Positions 1 to 8,033 of a stretch of 24,721 nucleotides of DNA are shown piece by piece; within the stretch, counting starts at the first letter, position 1, and every line of letters starts with the position of its first letter. Source of the stretch: a virus (taxonomy: Duplodnaviria; Caudoviricetes). The stretch lies in IMG/VR virus record IMGVR_UViG_3300023234_000110, positions 1-24,721 of that record. One strand, 5' to 3'. The notes under the pieces are model-generated. The model ran no database searches. It had not been told where the DNA came from and saw nothing but the letters and a program-made list of their open reading frames with translations. The position numbers and the translations under genes were made by a program.

Positions 1-41
1 AGTTGTTTAAGGTTAAAAAATAAGTCTTTAGTTAATCTCAT
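1..41 (-). CDS. N-terminus of a leftward gene running off the window (MRLTKDLFFNLKQ...)
   Basis: ATG at 41-39 lies 29 nt downstream of a minus-strand CTTAAATA box that duplicates the 3067 promoter; frame open to the window edge. Confidence 0.55.
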   Translation of the reverse strand, partial: MRLTKDLFFNLKQ

Positions 42-54
42 AAATTATTATAGT

Positions 55-82
55 ATAATAAGTATTTAAGTCTTTTGGTTTG
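55..82 (-). repeat. 28-bp promoter-containing repeat, copy 1 (inverted relative to 3067-3094)
   Basis: Reverse complement CAAACCAAAAGACTTAAATACTTATTAT is identical to 3067-3094. Confidence 0.95.
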
Positions 83-128
83 GAAATTTAGAGAGGTATC
101 TAAACCTTACACAAAAGAAGACTTTTAC

Positions 129-143
129 GAAAGGTTTAAATAT
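129..143 (+). promoter_or_regulatory. BRE/TATA-like promoter GAAAGGTTTAAATA for the recombinase operon
   Basis: Purine-rich BRE followed by TTTAAATA upstream of ORF 194. Confidence 0.55.
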
Positions 144-193
144 AACCCCCTCGTTAAATAGTTAAATAAAATGCACAAAAGTATAAAATAACA

Positions 194-370
194 ATGAAAA
201 TATATTCTACACAAATATTAATGGGAGTTGGTTTTTTAGGAGAAATGATTTATAAAATGAGATTTGAATGGTTATTAATATTTGGAATTTCACTAACCTT
301 CTGTTCAATATATAATTTTATTATGGAATTAAGAGATTCACAATCTGACGAAAAGGTGAACTCCAAATGA
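194..370 (+). CDS. Small membrane protein, 58 aa (MKIYSTQILMGVGFLG...)
   Basis: Manually translated; hydrophobic; stop overlaps the recombinase start (ATGA). Confidence 0.65.
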   Translation: MKIYSTQILMGVGFLGEMIYKMRFEWLLIFGISLTFCSIYNFIMELRDSQSDEKVNSK

Positions 371-933
371 AAAAAAGAATTGAGTTCATAACATTTGAAG
401 AATTTCAAGAACTTGTAAAGAAATGCAAGGATAAAGAACTAAAGATTGCAATGATTCTAGGTTATGGTTCTGGATTAAGGATTTCCGAGATCATAGGATT
501 CCAAAGAAAACAGAAGTTCGTTAAGAAAGTTAAAATAGAAGATAACACTTCCATACCTGCATTAACTTCCGATAATATTAACATGGAAACCCACCAGATC
601 ACAATTGACGAAGCAAAGGGAGGTAAATGGAGGATTGCACCCGTATCTCCTGCATTTAAACCAGAATATCTTAAACTACTACCATTAAAAGTTAAAAGAA
701 GAACTCTCCAGAACAGATTTTATTCTTTAACTAGGAAAGTGTTAAAGAAGAACATTAGTTTTCATATCCTAAGACACGGGTTTGGAAATTATATGGTTAA
801 TGTTAAGAAACTCCCTATTACTATGGTGCAAGGAATGATGGGACATAGTTCCGTTGCGGTAACTGGAGTTTACGCAAAGGCGAATCCAACAGAATCAATT
901 AATGAAGCTTGGAGGGCTATGGGTGGAAAATGA
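367..933 (+). CDS. Tyrosine recombinase/integrase (Xer-like), catalytic domain only
   Basis: Catalytic set present: GLRISE (R), AKGG (K), HILRH (HxxR), MGHSS (H), TGVY (Y). Confidence 0.93.
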   Translation: MKKRIEFITFEEFQELVKKCKDKELKIAMILGYGSGLRISEIIGFQRKQKFVKKVKIEDNTSIPALTSDNINMETHQITIDEAKGGKWRIAPVSPAFKPEYLKLLPLKVKRRTLQNRFYSLTRKVLKKNISFHILRHGFGNYMVNVKKLPITMVQGMMGHSSVAVTGVYAKANPTESINEAWRAMGGK

Positions 934-1118
934 GTTTGAGTGATAAAGAAATAAACACTTATACAGAAATTGAAGAATGTGAGAGTATTTTTGATGGAAG
1001 AGATATAAAAGAAACAATTCAAAAATTAAAACAATTCCTAAATCCGAAGTATAGAAGTAATAGGGAAGTTTTAGATAAAATTTACGAACTGTTTGGAGCA
1101 GAACTTTCAAAAGAATAA
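930..1118 (+). CDS. Hypothetical protein, 62 aa
   Basis: Start moved from 909 to ATG 930, which overlaps the recombinase stop (ATGA). Confidence 0.7.
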   Translation: MSLSDKEINTYTEIEECESIFDGRDIKETIQKLKQFLNPKYRSNREVLDKIYELFGAELSKE

Positions 1119-1127
1119 ATATTTAAA
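1116..1127 (+). promoter_or_regulatory. TAAATATTTAAA promoter motif
   Basis: Exact motif, ATG 33 nt downstream (1149). Confidence 0.75.
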
Positions 1128-1183
1128 TTCCAATGCACTTGAAAAGTTATGATAAATAAAATCATAAGGGAGGAATAAATAAA

Positions 1184-1330
1184 ATGGTAACAAAAACAGG
1201 TTTTAAGGGAGCATTAACAAAAGATATTACAGAAAGAATAACTTTAAAAGACATTCTAAAAGAAAGAGAGAGAAATGAAAAAAGAATGAAAGCAATAATA
1301 AAAAAATATAAAGCAAGTAAAAAGAAATAA
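1184..1330 (+). CDS. Small very basic protein, 48 aa (MVTKTGFKGALTKDITERITLKDILKERERNEKRMKAIIKKYKASKKK)
   Basis: Manual translation; SD GGGAGG at 1168-1173; own promoter. Confidence 0.75.
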   Translation: MVTKTGFKGALTKDITERITLKDILKERERNEKRMKAIIKKYKASKKK

Positions 1331-1385
1331 TTCCGAACTTTTGTGCAACTTAACTAATACTTCTTACACTTAAATTAAGTGGAAC

Positions 1386-1413
1386 GTTGCACAATAGTTT
1401 ACTTATATGTAAA
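1386..1413. other. dif-like recombination site candidate (11-6-11)
   Basis: GTTGCACAATA-GTTTAC-TTATATGTAAA in the convergent intergenic gap downstream of the recombinase, embedded in inverted repeats. Confidence 0.5.
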
Positions 1414-1414
1414 C

Positions 1415-1693
1415 TTATTTAGAATTCTTTTTAATAGCTTCCACAAATTCATTCACACTATCCTTCTCAACACTTGGGAGATCAATTCCCCCAGGAACTA
1501 ATTCTTCTACAAACATTTGATTATGGAAACAACTCTTTAGGTAGGGTTGGGATTCAACACATAGTTCGCAGGGTGTGGACAACAATTGAACCTTAAACAC
1601 TATACTAATAAACAAATAGATTGTCAAAACGGTTACGAATGCTACTATTAATATAACCCACATACCTTTCTTCTGGTCTTTAGTTAATTTCAT
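1415..1693 (-). CDS. Single-pass membrane protein with CxxC (TPCELC)
   Basis: N-terminal basic stretch and TM helix, then PCELC...C. Confidence 0.8.
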   Translation of the reverse strand: MKLTKDQKKGMWVILIVAFVTVLTIYLFISIVFKVQLLSTPCELCVESQPYLKSCFHNQMFVEELVPGGIDLPSVEKDSVNEFVEAIKKNSK

Positions 1694-1737
1694 TTTATTT
1701 TTTATTTTGACTGGTTGAACATATTATTATATGTGTT

Positions 1738-2634
1738 CTAACTACTCTTATTATTATAATTGGCACTGGTAGACGGCAGATATGCTGGTTTCCCTAGGGA
1801 TTTATGTCCTAATTCTTCTAAATATCTTCTAATCGTATTTTCCGAAACTCCAATCAAGTTTGAGTAATATACTTGTGTCCTTTTGAATCCACTTTCTTTA
1901 TCATGCTTCACTAACCTGTCCAACATATCCACTAGATATGCTTTCCTAGTAGAACCTTTATCCTCTCCCTTATCAATACTCATGATTGCATCGTCTTTCT
2001 TTGATTCATATATCACTTCATCTATTAATCTTGGGAGGTTATACTTAGTTGATTGTCCTTTGAAACTAATGAAGTTTCTATAAGCCCTCTTCTTTGTTTT
2101 CCTAAAATAATTAAATAATGCTTCTTTCTTATTCTTATTACAGTAAGTATAGTATCCAGGTTTAAGTCCTTTCTGCATGTAGGTGTGAATTAATCCAATA
2201 CTTCTGTCAATCACAATGTATTCATTCAACTTAAAGAACTTTGGAATGTTAAAGATATAAATGTGTCTTCTCTTTCTTGCAACCATTAACATTTTGATTA
2301 AAGTTTTCTGCCATTGGTTCTGCCATTCACTCGCAAGTCCTTTTAGTGCAGCTTCATCCCAAACAAATATTCTATCATAACTATCTTCCGCAATTGCTTC
2401 TCCGATTAGGAGTTCAATATCAAAATAAACATCATCTACAGTAAACTTCCTCCCAGTTTTATCTGCCATGTAATATGCAACTTCAATAGAGGTGTTTGAT
2501 TTACCACTTCCTTCATCTCCATCGACTAGAAGTAAATTGTCTTGTTTATTTGGTAAAGTACATCGTTCACATAGAACATCTAACTTTGCAACCAAGTATT
2601 TCTCCATGTAATACTGTTTATCTGTGACTAACAT
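1738..2634 (-). CDS. P-loop ATPase (Zot/FtsK-HerA-like, putative packaging/extrusion ATPase) with C-terminal HTH
   Basis: Walker A LLVDGDEGSGKS, Walker B IFVWDEA, arginine motif ARKRR; C-terminal TQVYYSNLIGVSENTIRRYL. Confidence 0.82.
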   Translation of the reverse strand: MLVTDKQYYMEKYLVAKLDVLCERCTLPNKQDNLLLVDGDEGSGKSNTSIEVAYYMADKTGRKFTVDDVYFDIELLIGEAIAEDSYDRIFVWDEAALKGLASEWQNQWQKTLIKMLMVARKRRHIYIFNIPKFFKLNEYIVIDRSIGLIHTYMQKGLKPGYYTYCNKNKKEALFNYFRKTKKRAYRNFISFKGQSTKYNLPRLIDEVIYESKKDDAIMSIDKGEDKGSTRKAYLVDMLDRLVKHDKESGFKRTQVYYSNLIGVSENTIRRYLEELGHKSLGKPAYLPSTSANYNNKSS

Positions 2635-2639
2635 TATAA

Positions 2640-3014
2640 TTATAACCCATCGTCTATGAATTTACTTCCGAACAAATCATATTTCTCCATCATAAATTGT
2701 AACCAAATATTTATTTTACGAAGTTCCATATAAATTTTATTTCCGTCTAGTTTCTTATTAGTATATGCAGAACCACTATCCTTAATCACAGCACTTGCAG
2801 CAGTCAATAAAGAACTGTAATATTTCTTCTCCTCTTGATCTAACTTATGTGAAATCTCAATAAACAATGCATCAAGTTGATTAAACCACCTAGGATAATC
2901 TTTGTCTTCTCTTGATTCTATTATCTTTTGTCTTATATCTCCAATCTGTAATGCGAATCTTTGTCGCAGATCATATGCAAGTTCTTTTGTTTCTCCAAAA
3001 TTATTATCTACCAT
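2640..3014 (-). CDS. Hypothetical helical protein, co-transcribed with the ATPase
   Basis: 124-aa ORF ending 5 nt upstream of the ATPase start, preceded by a duplicated promoter. Confidence 0.8.
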   Translation of the reverse strand: MVDNNFGETKELAYDLRQRFALQIGDIRQKIIESREDKDYPRWFNQLDALFIEISHKLDQEEKKYYSSLLTAASAVIKDSGSAYTNKKLDGNKIYMELRKINIWLQFMMEKYDLFGSKFIDDGL

Positions 3015-3016
3015 CT

Positions 3017-3063
3017 TTTACTCTCAATAGAATAATAAGAAGGTTATTTAAATATTTAATTAT
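3017..3063 (-). repeat. 47-bp promoter/leader repeat, copy 1 (inverted relative to 6709-6755)
   Basis: Reverse complement matches 6709-6755 at 45/47 positions; contains TAAATATTTAAA. Confidence 0.95.
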
Positions 3064-3066
3064 ACT

Positions 3067-3094
3067 CAAACCAAAAGACTTAAATACTTATTAT
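3067..3094 (+). repeat. 28-bp promoter-containing repeat, copy 2
   Basis: Identical to the reverse complement of 55-82; CTTAAATA box 30 nt before ATG 3109. Confidence 0.95.
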
Positions 3095-3108
3095 TATATT
3101 ATAAGTTT

Positions 3109-3285
3109 ATGTTCAACAAAATAGAAAAAAAAGAAGTGATCTGTAGTAAGTGTGGTTATGGCTGGGAAACAAAGTCTAAGATGATTTTCGTTAGTTGTCC
3201 CAACTGTAATAACAAAGTCCGAGTGATAGAAAAAGAAATGAGTAGTGATCATGGGACAAGAAATAGTAGAGAGATTGATAACTAA
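3109..3285 (+). CDS. Zn-ribbon protein, 58 aa (not in ORF track)
   Basis: MFNKIEKKEVICSKCGYGWETKSKMIFVSCPNCNNKV...; two CxxC; leaderless start behind TATA. Confidence 0.85.
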   Translation: MFNKIEKKEVICSKCGYGWETKSKMIFVSCPNCNNKVRVIEKEMSSDHGTRNSREIDN

Positions 3286-3469
3286 ACTACAATTCACAAC
3301 TCATAAAGAAATAAGAGAGATGGTTGATGAAGATTTGATGAGCAGTCAATCACTAACCAATGCACTAAGTAAATTATGTAAACATAATGAAGTAGTAACA
3401 TTCAAGATTTCAAGACAAACAATATACTTGAATCCAGAATTTTACGAACAAATAGGAATAATACAATGA
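3251..3469 (+). CDS. Small winged-HTH DNA-binding protein
   Basis: TTHKEIREMV...SSQSLTNALSKLCKHNEV followed by a beta-hairpin; ATG 3251 preferred over the track start. Confidence 0.7.
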   Translation: MGQEIVERLITKLQFTTHKEIREMVDEDLMSSQSLTNALSKLCKHNEVVTFKISRQTIYLNPEFYEQIGIIQ

Positions 3470-3765
3470 CACAAAAACCAATACAACTATTGTTTAGAAT
3501 TAAACTAGAGAAGATTAAAGAAGAGATAGATATTAAAATCTGGTGTAAAAATAACTATGCAATTACTTGGATGTCTAACTCCGAAGTATTACAGAAACTT
3601 GTCAATGCAGAAAAGAATCAAGGACATAAAGTTGAACTTGCATATGACAAAGAAGGGAAGTTAATGGCAATACAATTATACAAAGACAAAACAGGTAAAC
3701 AAATTGCTAAACAAATTACTCGAGAGTTAAGAGAATCAACTGGGGGAAATTTACAAGTACTATGA
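3466..3765 (+). CDS. Hypothetical protein
   Basis: 99 aa, ATGA overlaps at both ends. Confidence 0.75.
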   Translation: MTQKPIQLLFRIKLEKIKEEIDIKIWCKNNYAITWMSNSEVLQKLVNAEKNQGHKVELAYDKEGKLMAIQLYKDKTGKQIAKQITRELRESTGGNLQVL

Positions 3766-4073
3766 GTTTTAAAGAGAAGTTTGAGAATATGCAAATAGAT
3801 ATGAATCAATTCTATAAGTTAGGAATCATTTGTTTCTTCGTAATCGGTACTGCAAATATATTTACTCTGGTTAATAACTGGACTGTGTTAATGTTAAGTG
3901 CAAAAGTTTCAAGTATGTTCGGGATAATATTTAACTTTGGACTGGTTGGTTTGTTCAATTACTTGAAAGGAACATTACCTGGTAACGGAGATAAAGGAAA
4001 AGAAGCTCCGTCCGAAATTGAATTTGACGAAATAGTTGATTCAATCATGAACGAAGAAGAGAAAAAGAATTAA
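3762..4073 (+). CDS. Two-TM membrane protein with acidic tail
   Basis: Two hydrophobic segments; coupled start. Confidence 0.8.
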   Translation: MSFKEKFENMQIDMNQFYKLGIICFFVIGTANIFTLVNNWTVLMLSAKVSSMFGIIFNFGLVGLFNYLKGTLPGNGDKGKEAPSEIEFDEIVDSIMNEEEKKN

Positions 4074-4082
4074 GTATTTAAA
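4071..4082 (+). promoter_or_regulatory. TAAGTATTTAAA promoter motif (1 mismatch)
   Basis: ATG 33 nt downstream (4104). Confidence 0.7.
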
Positions 4083-4103
4083 TAAGTTAATGTTTGGTTT
4101 AGT

Positions 4104-4334
4104 ATGAAAAAACTAGGCGTCTTCTTGGTGTTCACGATTGTTCTTCTAGGTGGTATTGCATTAATTGATTATAAACAGAACCATAATGATTTCTATGTTT
4201 ATGAAAAGGATTGTGTTCATTTAGATTCTCCGCAAGTTACAAGTGCAAATAGTATGGACGACTTAATGAATAAGTTTGAAGCTTCTCCAGATTTCAAAGG
4301 TTATGAATTAAAAGATTATTGGAGTTGTAACTAA
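4104..4334 (+). CDS. Small membrane-anchored/secreted protein
   Basis: MKK plus hydrophobic helix, Cys pair. Confidence 0.8.
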   Translation: MKKLGVFLVFTIVLLGGIALIDYKQNHNDFYVYEKDCVHLDSPQVTSANSMDDLMNKFEASPDFKGYELKDYWSCN

Positions 4335-6712
4335 TGGGGTGGTGGAGTAGAAGAAAAGCGCGGAGAGCTGCGAGGAAAAGTACTCCTAGTTCAAGTGCTT
4401 ATGGTTCAAGTGGAACAAGTGGGGGTTCAACAACTTCCTCAAATTATAGTTCTGTTTCTTCTGCACTTTCTGGAACTGGGGGGGGATCAATAAGTTCTCC
4501 TTCTTCAGGAGGAGGAGGTTCAGGTGGGGGAAGTTCTTCAGGAGGAGGATCTTCAGGAGGGAGAGGTTCAAGTTCTTCAACATTAGGAAGTACAAACTTA
4601 GCTGCAGATTACCCCGCAGTAGAACAACCAATTGAACAATCATTACAAAGTGCAGGGGTAACTTCTGCAGAAACTGGGAGACTTAGTCCAAGTGGTGGAA
4701 CTCCCGCAACATATTCTTCTTCAGGTAAATTAAATGTTGCAGGTTTTGAAGACAAATCTTTTACTGGAACTGGTTCTGTTGTTAATGCTGCACCACTAGG
4801 ATTAACTGGAAGAACTACATGGCAAGAAGATTTAGTTGATAAAGATACTTCCGTTCCAAGATTTGGAACAACTGGTCAAGGTCAATCTGGATTTGAAACT
4901 TGGGGAGACACCCAAAGGAACAGAGAACTTCAAAGAATGAATGTTCAAACTGGATATCAAGAACAAGTACAATCACAATTTAATGCTTCTGGATTAACTC
5001 CAGAAGAGTATGTTGAAACAGAAGATTATAAAACACTAACAAATAAAGCTAGTAAAGATATTGGAGAAATTAAAGATGTTCCAGGTTATTATGATGATCC
5101 AGATTTAAGAACTTCAGGTAAAAAGATTATTGAATCAACTCCAATTATTGGTTCAGGTAAAAAGTTTATTGAAGAAGCAAGAGGACTTTCTTTAGAACAA
5201 ACTAAGATAGTTGGTGGAGAAATGACTGGATTAGGAATTGGTGGAGTAGATAATAAATCTTTTAGGAGTTCATTAGGTTCAACAACTTTAGCAGGAGGAC
5301 TCTTAGCTGCAGATGTTGCAGTAGTTGGAAGTGCTGCAAAGTTTGGAATGAATGCAGGAAAGATTTCTTTAGAAAAGAACCTTGCAAAACAACTTTCAAT
5401 TAAGTCGGAAATTCTTGCAGGTTCACCTGTTAAATTTAAAGGAGTAACAGATATTGGTTCTGGTGAATTTGGACAATCCTTTATTCAAAAAGTAGGTAAT
5501 TCAAAAACTGGGGGATTTTTAACAGGGAATGTTGTTGAAGGTTCTGCTGGAATGAAGTTCATTCCAAGTGGAGAAGGAATAAAACTTTCCACAGTTAATG
5601 CAGAACTAAAGAGTTTCAAAGGATTTGCTGCAGATTTCTTAGGGGTTGAGAGAAGACAATCACTTTCACAATTACAATCTTTTAAAATAGATACTGCAAG
5701 TGTAACAAGAACAGGGGGAATTGTTTCTGGTTTAGAAACTTCCAGGACTACTGGAATTAGTTCTTTTACTACAGTTGAATCTACCTTCGCAATAGTTAAA
5801 GAGGGAAGAGGATCACAACAACTTGTAAACAGGTTTTCAGAAAATATAATGAAAGGTGGAACAACTACAACTTCCGAATTTTCTTCTCCTGGATTTTCTA
5901 AAAGATTTTCAAGTGGAGGAATAACTTATAGTGAAAGTCCAACTTCAAAAGGATTACAATTTAGTATTGACACTAAACAATTTAAACCATCAGAAACAAC
6001 AATTCAATCTTTTGCAAAAGATGAAGTTAAGGTTGCAAGAGGGAGAAACAAATTTATAAACAATTTAGAAACTCCCAAAATTAAAACTAATATTCCAGAA
6101 TTTAAACCAACGGGGAAAACAAACATCTTAGTGGATAAACCAGTCAAACAATTTGAAAGTCCAAAACTAACACAAACATTAGAAAAAGGATTTCAAGGTA
6201 GTAAATATAAATCTGCACCATTTAAATTCCAAACTCCAAAAGTTTCAAGAAATTTATTAGGTGTTGCAACTCTTAGTACAAGTAGAACGGTAAGTACTAA
6301 TTTATTTGGAAAAACAACATTAACTTCAAACATTCAAACTAAAATACAAAAACCAGAATTAATTCCCGCATTTATGACTGGGCAAGTTAGTGGAACTAAA
6401 TCTGCATTTGATACTGGATTTGTAACCTCAACTTTCAATCTAACAACAACCACTCCTCAAACTAGAACTCCCTTTACTCCGATTCCAATTTCTGAATTTG
6501 GATTAATTGGAAATCTCCCAAAACCAAACCTACAATTCAAAAGACCTGGAGGAGTTGGGAAGTTTAAAGGTGGAAGAGATTATGGTTACATTCAATCTTT
6601 CGGAGGATGGTTTACTGGGAAAGTTGGAAAGACAAAGGGATTAATGATTGGTGGAAGAGAAGTTTATACTGGACTTGAAATTCGTGGAAGAGAAGTAAAG
6701 AAGAAGAAATAA
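4334..6712 (+). CDS. Large Ser/Gly/Thr-rich protein with basic termini (putative internal virion/DNA-delivery protein)
   Basis: 792 aa; RRKARRAARK N-terminus, poly-SG linker, one hydrophobic segment LAGGLLAADVAVVG, KKKK C-terminus; function is inference. Confidence 0.75.
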   Translation: MGWWSRRKARRAARKSTPSSSAYGSSGTSGGSTTSSNYSSVSSALSGTGGGSISSPSSGGGGSGGGSSSGGGSSGGRGSSSSTLGSTNLAADYPAVEQPIEQSLQSAGVTSAETGRLSPSGGTPATYSSSGKLNVAGFEDKSFTGTGSVVNAAPLGLTGRTTWQEDLVDKDTSVPRFGTTGQGQSGFETWGDTQRNRELQRMNVQTGYQEQVQSQFNASGLTPEEYVETEDYKTLTNKASKDIGEIKDVPGYYDDPDLRTSGKKIIESTPIIGSGKKFIEEARGLSLEQTKIVGGEMTGLGIGGVDNKSFRSSLGSTTLAGGLLAADVAVVGSAAKFGMNAGKISLEKNLAKQLSIKSEILAGSPVKFKGVTDIGSGEFGQSFIQKVGNSKTGGFLTGNVVEGSAGMKFIPSGEGIKLSTVNAELKSFKGFAADFLGVERRQSLSQLQSFKIDTASVTRTGGIVSGLETSRTTGISSFTTVESTFAIVKEGRGSQQLVNRFSENIMKGGTTTTSEFSSPGFSKRFSSGGITYSESPTSKGLQFSIDTKQFKPSETTIQSFAKDEVKVARGRNKFINNLETPKIKTNIPEFKPTGKTNILVDKPVKQFESPKLTQTLEKGFQGSKYKSAPFKFQTPKVSRNLLGVATLSTSRTVSTNLFGKTTLTSNIQTKIQKPELIPAFMTGQVSGTKSAFDTGFVTSTFNLTTTTPQTRTPFTPIPISEFGLIGNLPKPNLQFKRPGGVGKFKGGRDYGYIQSFGGWFTGKVGKTKGLMIGGREVYTGLEIRGREVKKKK

Positions 6713-6755
6713 TTAAATATTTAAAGAAACTTCTTATTATTCTATTGAGAGTAAA
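6709..6755 (+). repeat. 47-bp promoter/leader repeat, copy 2
   Basis: ATAATTAAATATTTAAAGAAACTTCTTATTATTCTATTGAGAGTAAA; 45/47 to the reverse complement of 3017-3063. Confidence 0.95.
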
Positions 6756-7279
6756 TGGAAGAAGAACAATATAATAATGCACCAGATATGCCCTTCGGGA
6801 ATTCTAATGACAAGGCAAGTATAATTGAAAGAATTAATCCTGACGAAATTGTAGAGTTAATTCGTATGAGATTAATGGGGAAGATGCGAGACGAACAAAC
6901 TGGGAAATGGGTTACAAACAAAAACCTAAAAGACAATGCAATTTCTGAAATTGGTGCCTGGGATATTTCTAATTTAATACTTTCAGTTTCAAATGCAAAT
7001 ACTTCTTTATCAAAACTAGACGACAAGACTATTCGTAAAAGAGCTTATAGTTTAATGGAGAAGGGTGTTTACATGATGCTCTGTAATTGGAGAGAATATA
7101 AGATTACTAACACCGCCCAACTTGGTTATGTTGCAGAGATAGTATTTTCAATCGCATTCATTACATTAAAAATGGCGGACTCTGAAGGAATTAGAAAAAT
7201 GATTACTTCAATGTATTCGGAGAGTAGAAACATTAATGAAATGGGATCAATTAAATCTGGTAAAAAAATGTTTAGATAA
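6755..7279 (+). CDS. Hypothetical helical protein (morphogenesis module)
   Basis: 174-aa ORF behind the duplicated promoter. Confidence 0.8.
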   Translation: MEEEQYNNAPDMPFGNSNDKASIIERINPDEIVELIRMRLMGKMRDEQTGKWVTNKNLKDNAISEIGAWDISNLILSVSNANTSLSKLDDKTIRKRAYSLMEKGVYMMLCNWREYKITNTAQLGYVAEIVFSIAFITLKMADSEGIRKMITSMYSESRNINEMGSIKSGKKMFR

Positions 7280-7297
7280 AGGAGGTATGAAAAATAA

Positions 7298-7963
7298 ATG
7301 GCGTTAGATTTTGGTGGGATTGGTGCGGGAATGATGGGACTACTAAGTAGTACATTAACCTGGGCGATTGTGTTAATTGCAATAATTGTAGTAACATTTC
7401 TTTTCTTAAAGTTAAAACAGAATAAGAGATTTAAGTATCCTTGTTTAGAAGTTGTAAGTTTAGGTCAAGGTAAATGTGCATTCTTTACTTCTAAAGCTGG
7501 ATGGTTTAAGAAACATAGAAAGTTCTTTGGACTTCTGGAAATGGGTGGAGAACAAGAATTGATTTGTAAGGACAGTAAAAGAAAGATTCACAATGTTTCT
7601 TCTACAGATTATCATGAACTTAATGGTAAGAGATGTATTCTTTGTAAAAGAAAAGACGATGATCCTGATATATTAGTTCCACTAAACAAAGTAGAAATTA
7701 AAAATCTCGGACTACTTGCAAGTATTGCCCCTGCAGATTATAGAGATGCAGCTGCACAAATACTTGAAGAAAAGAAGAGAGAAACTATGAGTTGGTTAGA
7801 TAAAAATGCACCATTGTTAATTGCATTGGGAGTATTTATATTTGGACTAATCGCATTGATAATTGTATTCAACTTCGCAAAAGGAGAAAGTTCTGCATGG
7901 AGGGCTTATGCGGAAGGTGCTAAAACAGCTGGTACAGTTATCATGAACTCAACCGCACCGTAA
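7298..7963 (+). CDS. Membrane protein with two TM helices flanking a soluble domain
   Basis: SD GGAGGT at 7281-7286; TM WAIVLIAIIVVTFLFL and LLIALGVFIFGLIALIIVF. Confidence 0.85.
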   Translation: MALDFGGIGAGMMGLLSSTLTWAIVLIAIIVVTFLFLKLKQNKRFKYPCLEVVSLGQGKCAFFTSKAGWFKKHRKFFGLLEMGGEQELICKDSKRKIHNVSSTDYHELNGKRCILCKRKDDDPDILVPLNKVEIKNLGLLASIAPADYRDAAAQILEEKKRETMSWLDKNAPLLIALGVFIFGLIALIIVFNFAKGESSAWRAYAEGAKTAGTVIMNSTAP

Positions 7964-7976
7964 GTAATTATTATTA

Positions 7977-7984
7977 TTTTTTTT
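7977..7984 (+). terminator. Oligo-T archaeal terminator
   Basis: T8 run just after the stop at 7963 and before the next promoter. Confidence 0.55.
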
Positions 7985-8000
7985 AGGGTGCATTAGGAAT

Positions 8001-8012
8001 TAAATATTTAAA
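8001..8012 (+). promoter_or_regulatory. TAAATATTTAAA promoter motif
   Basis: ATG 33 nt downstream (8034). Confidence 0.75.
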
Positions 8013-8033
8013 TATAGAAAATTATAAAATAGA

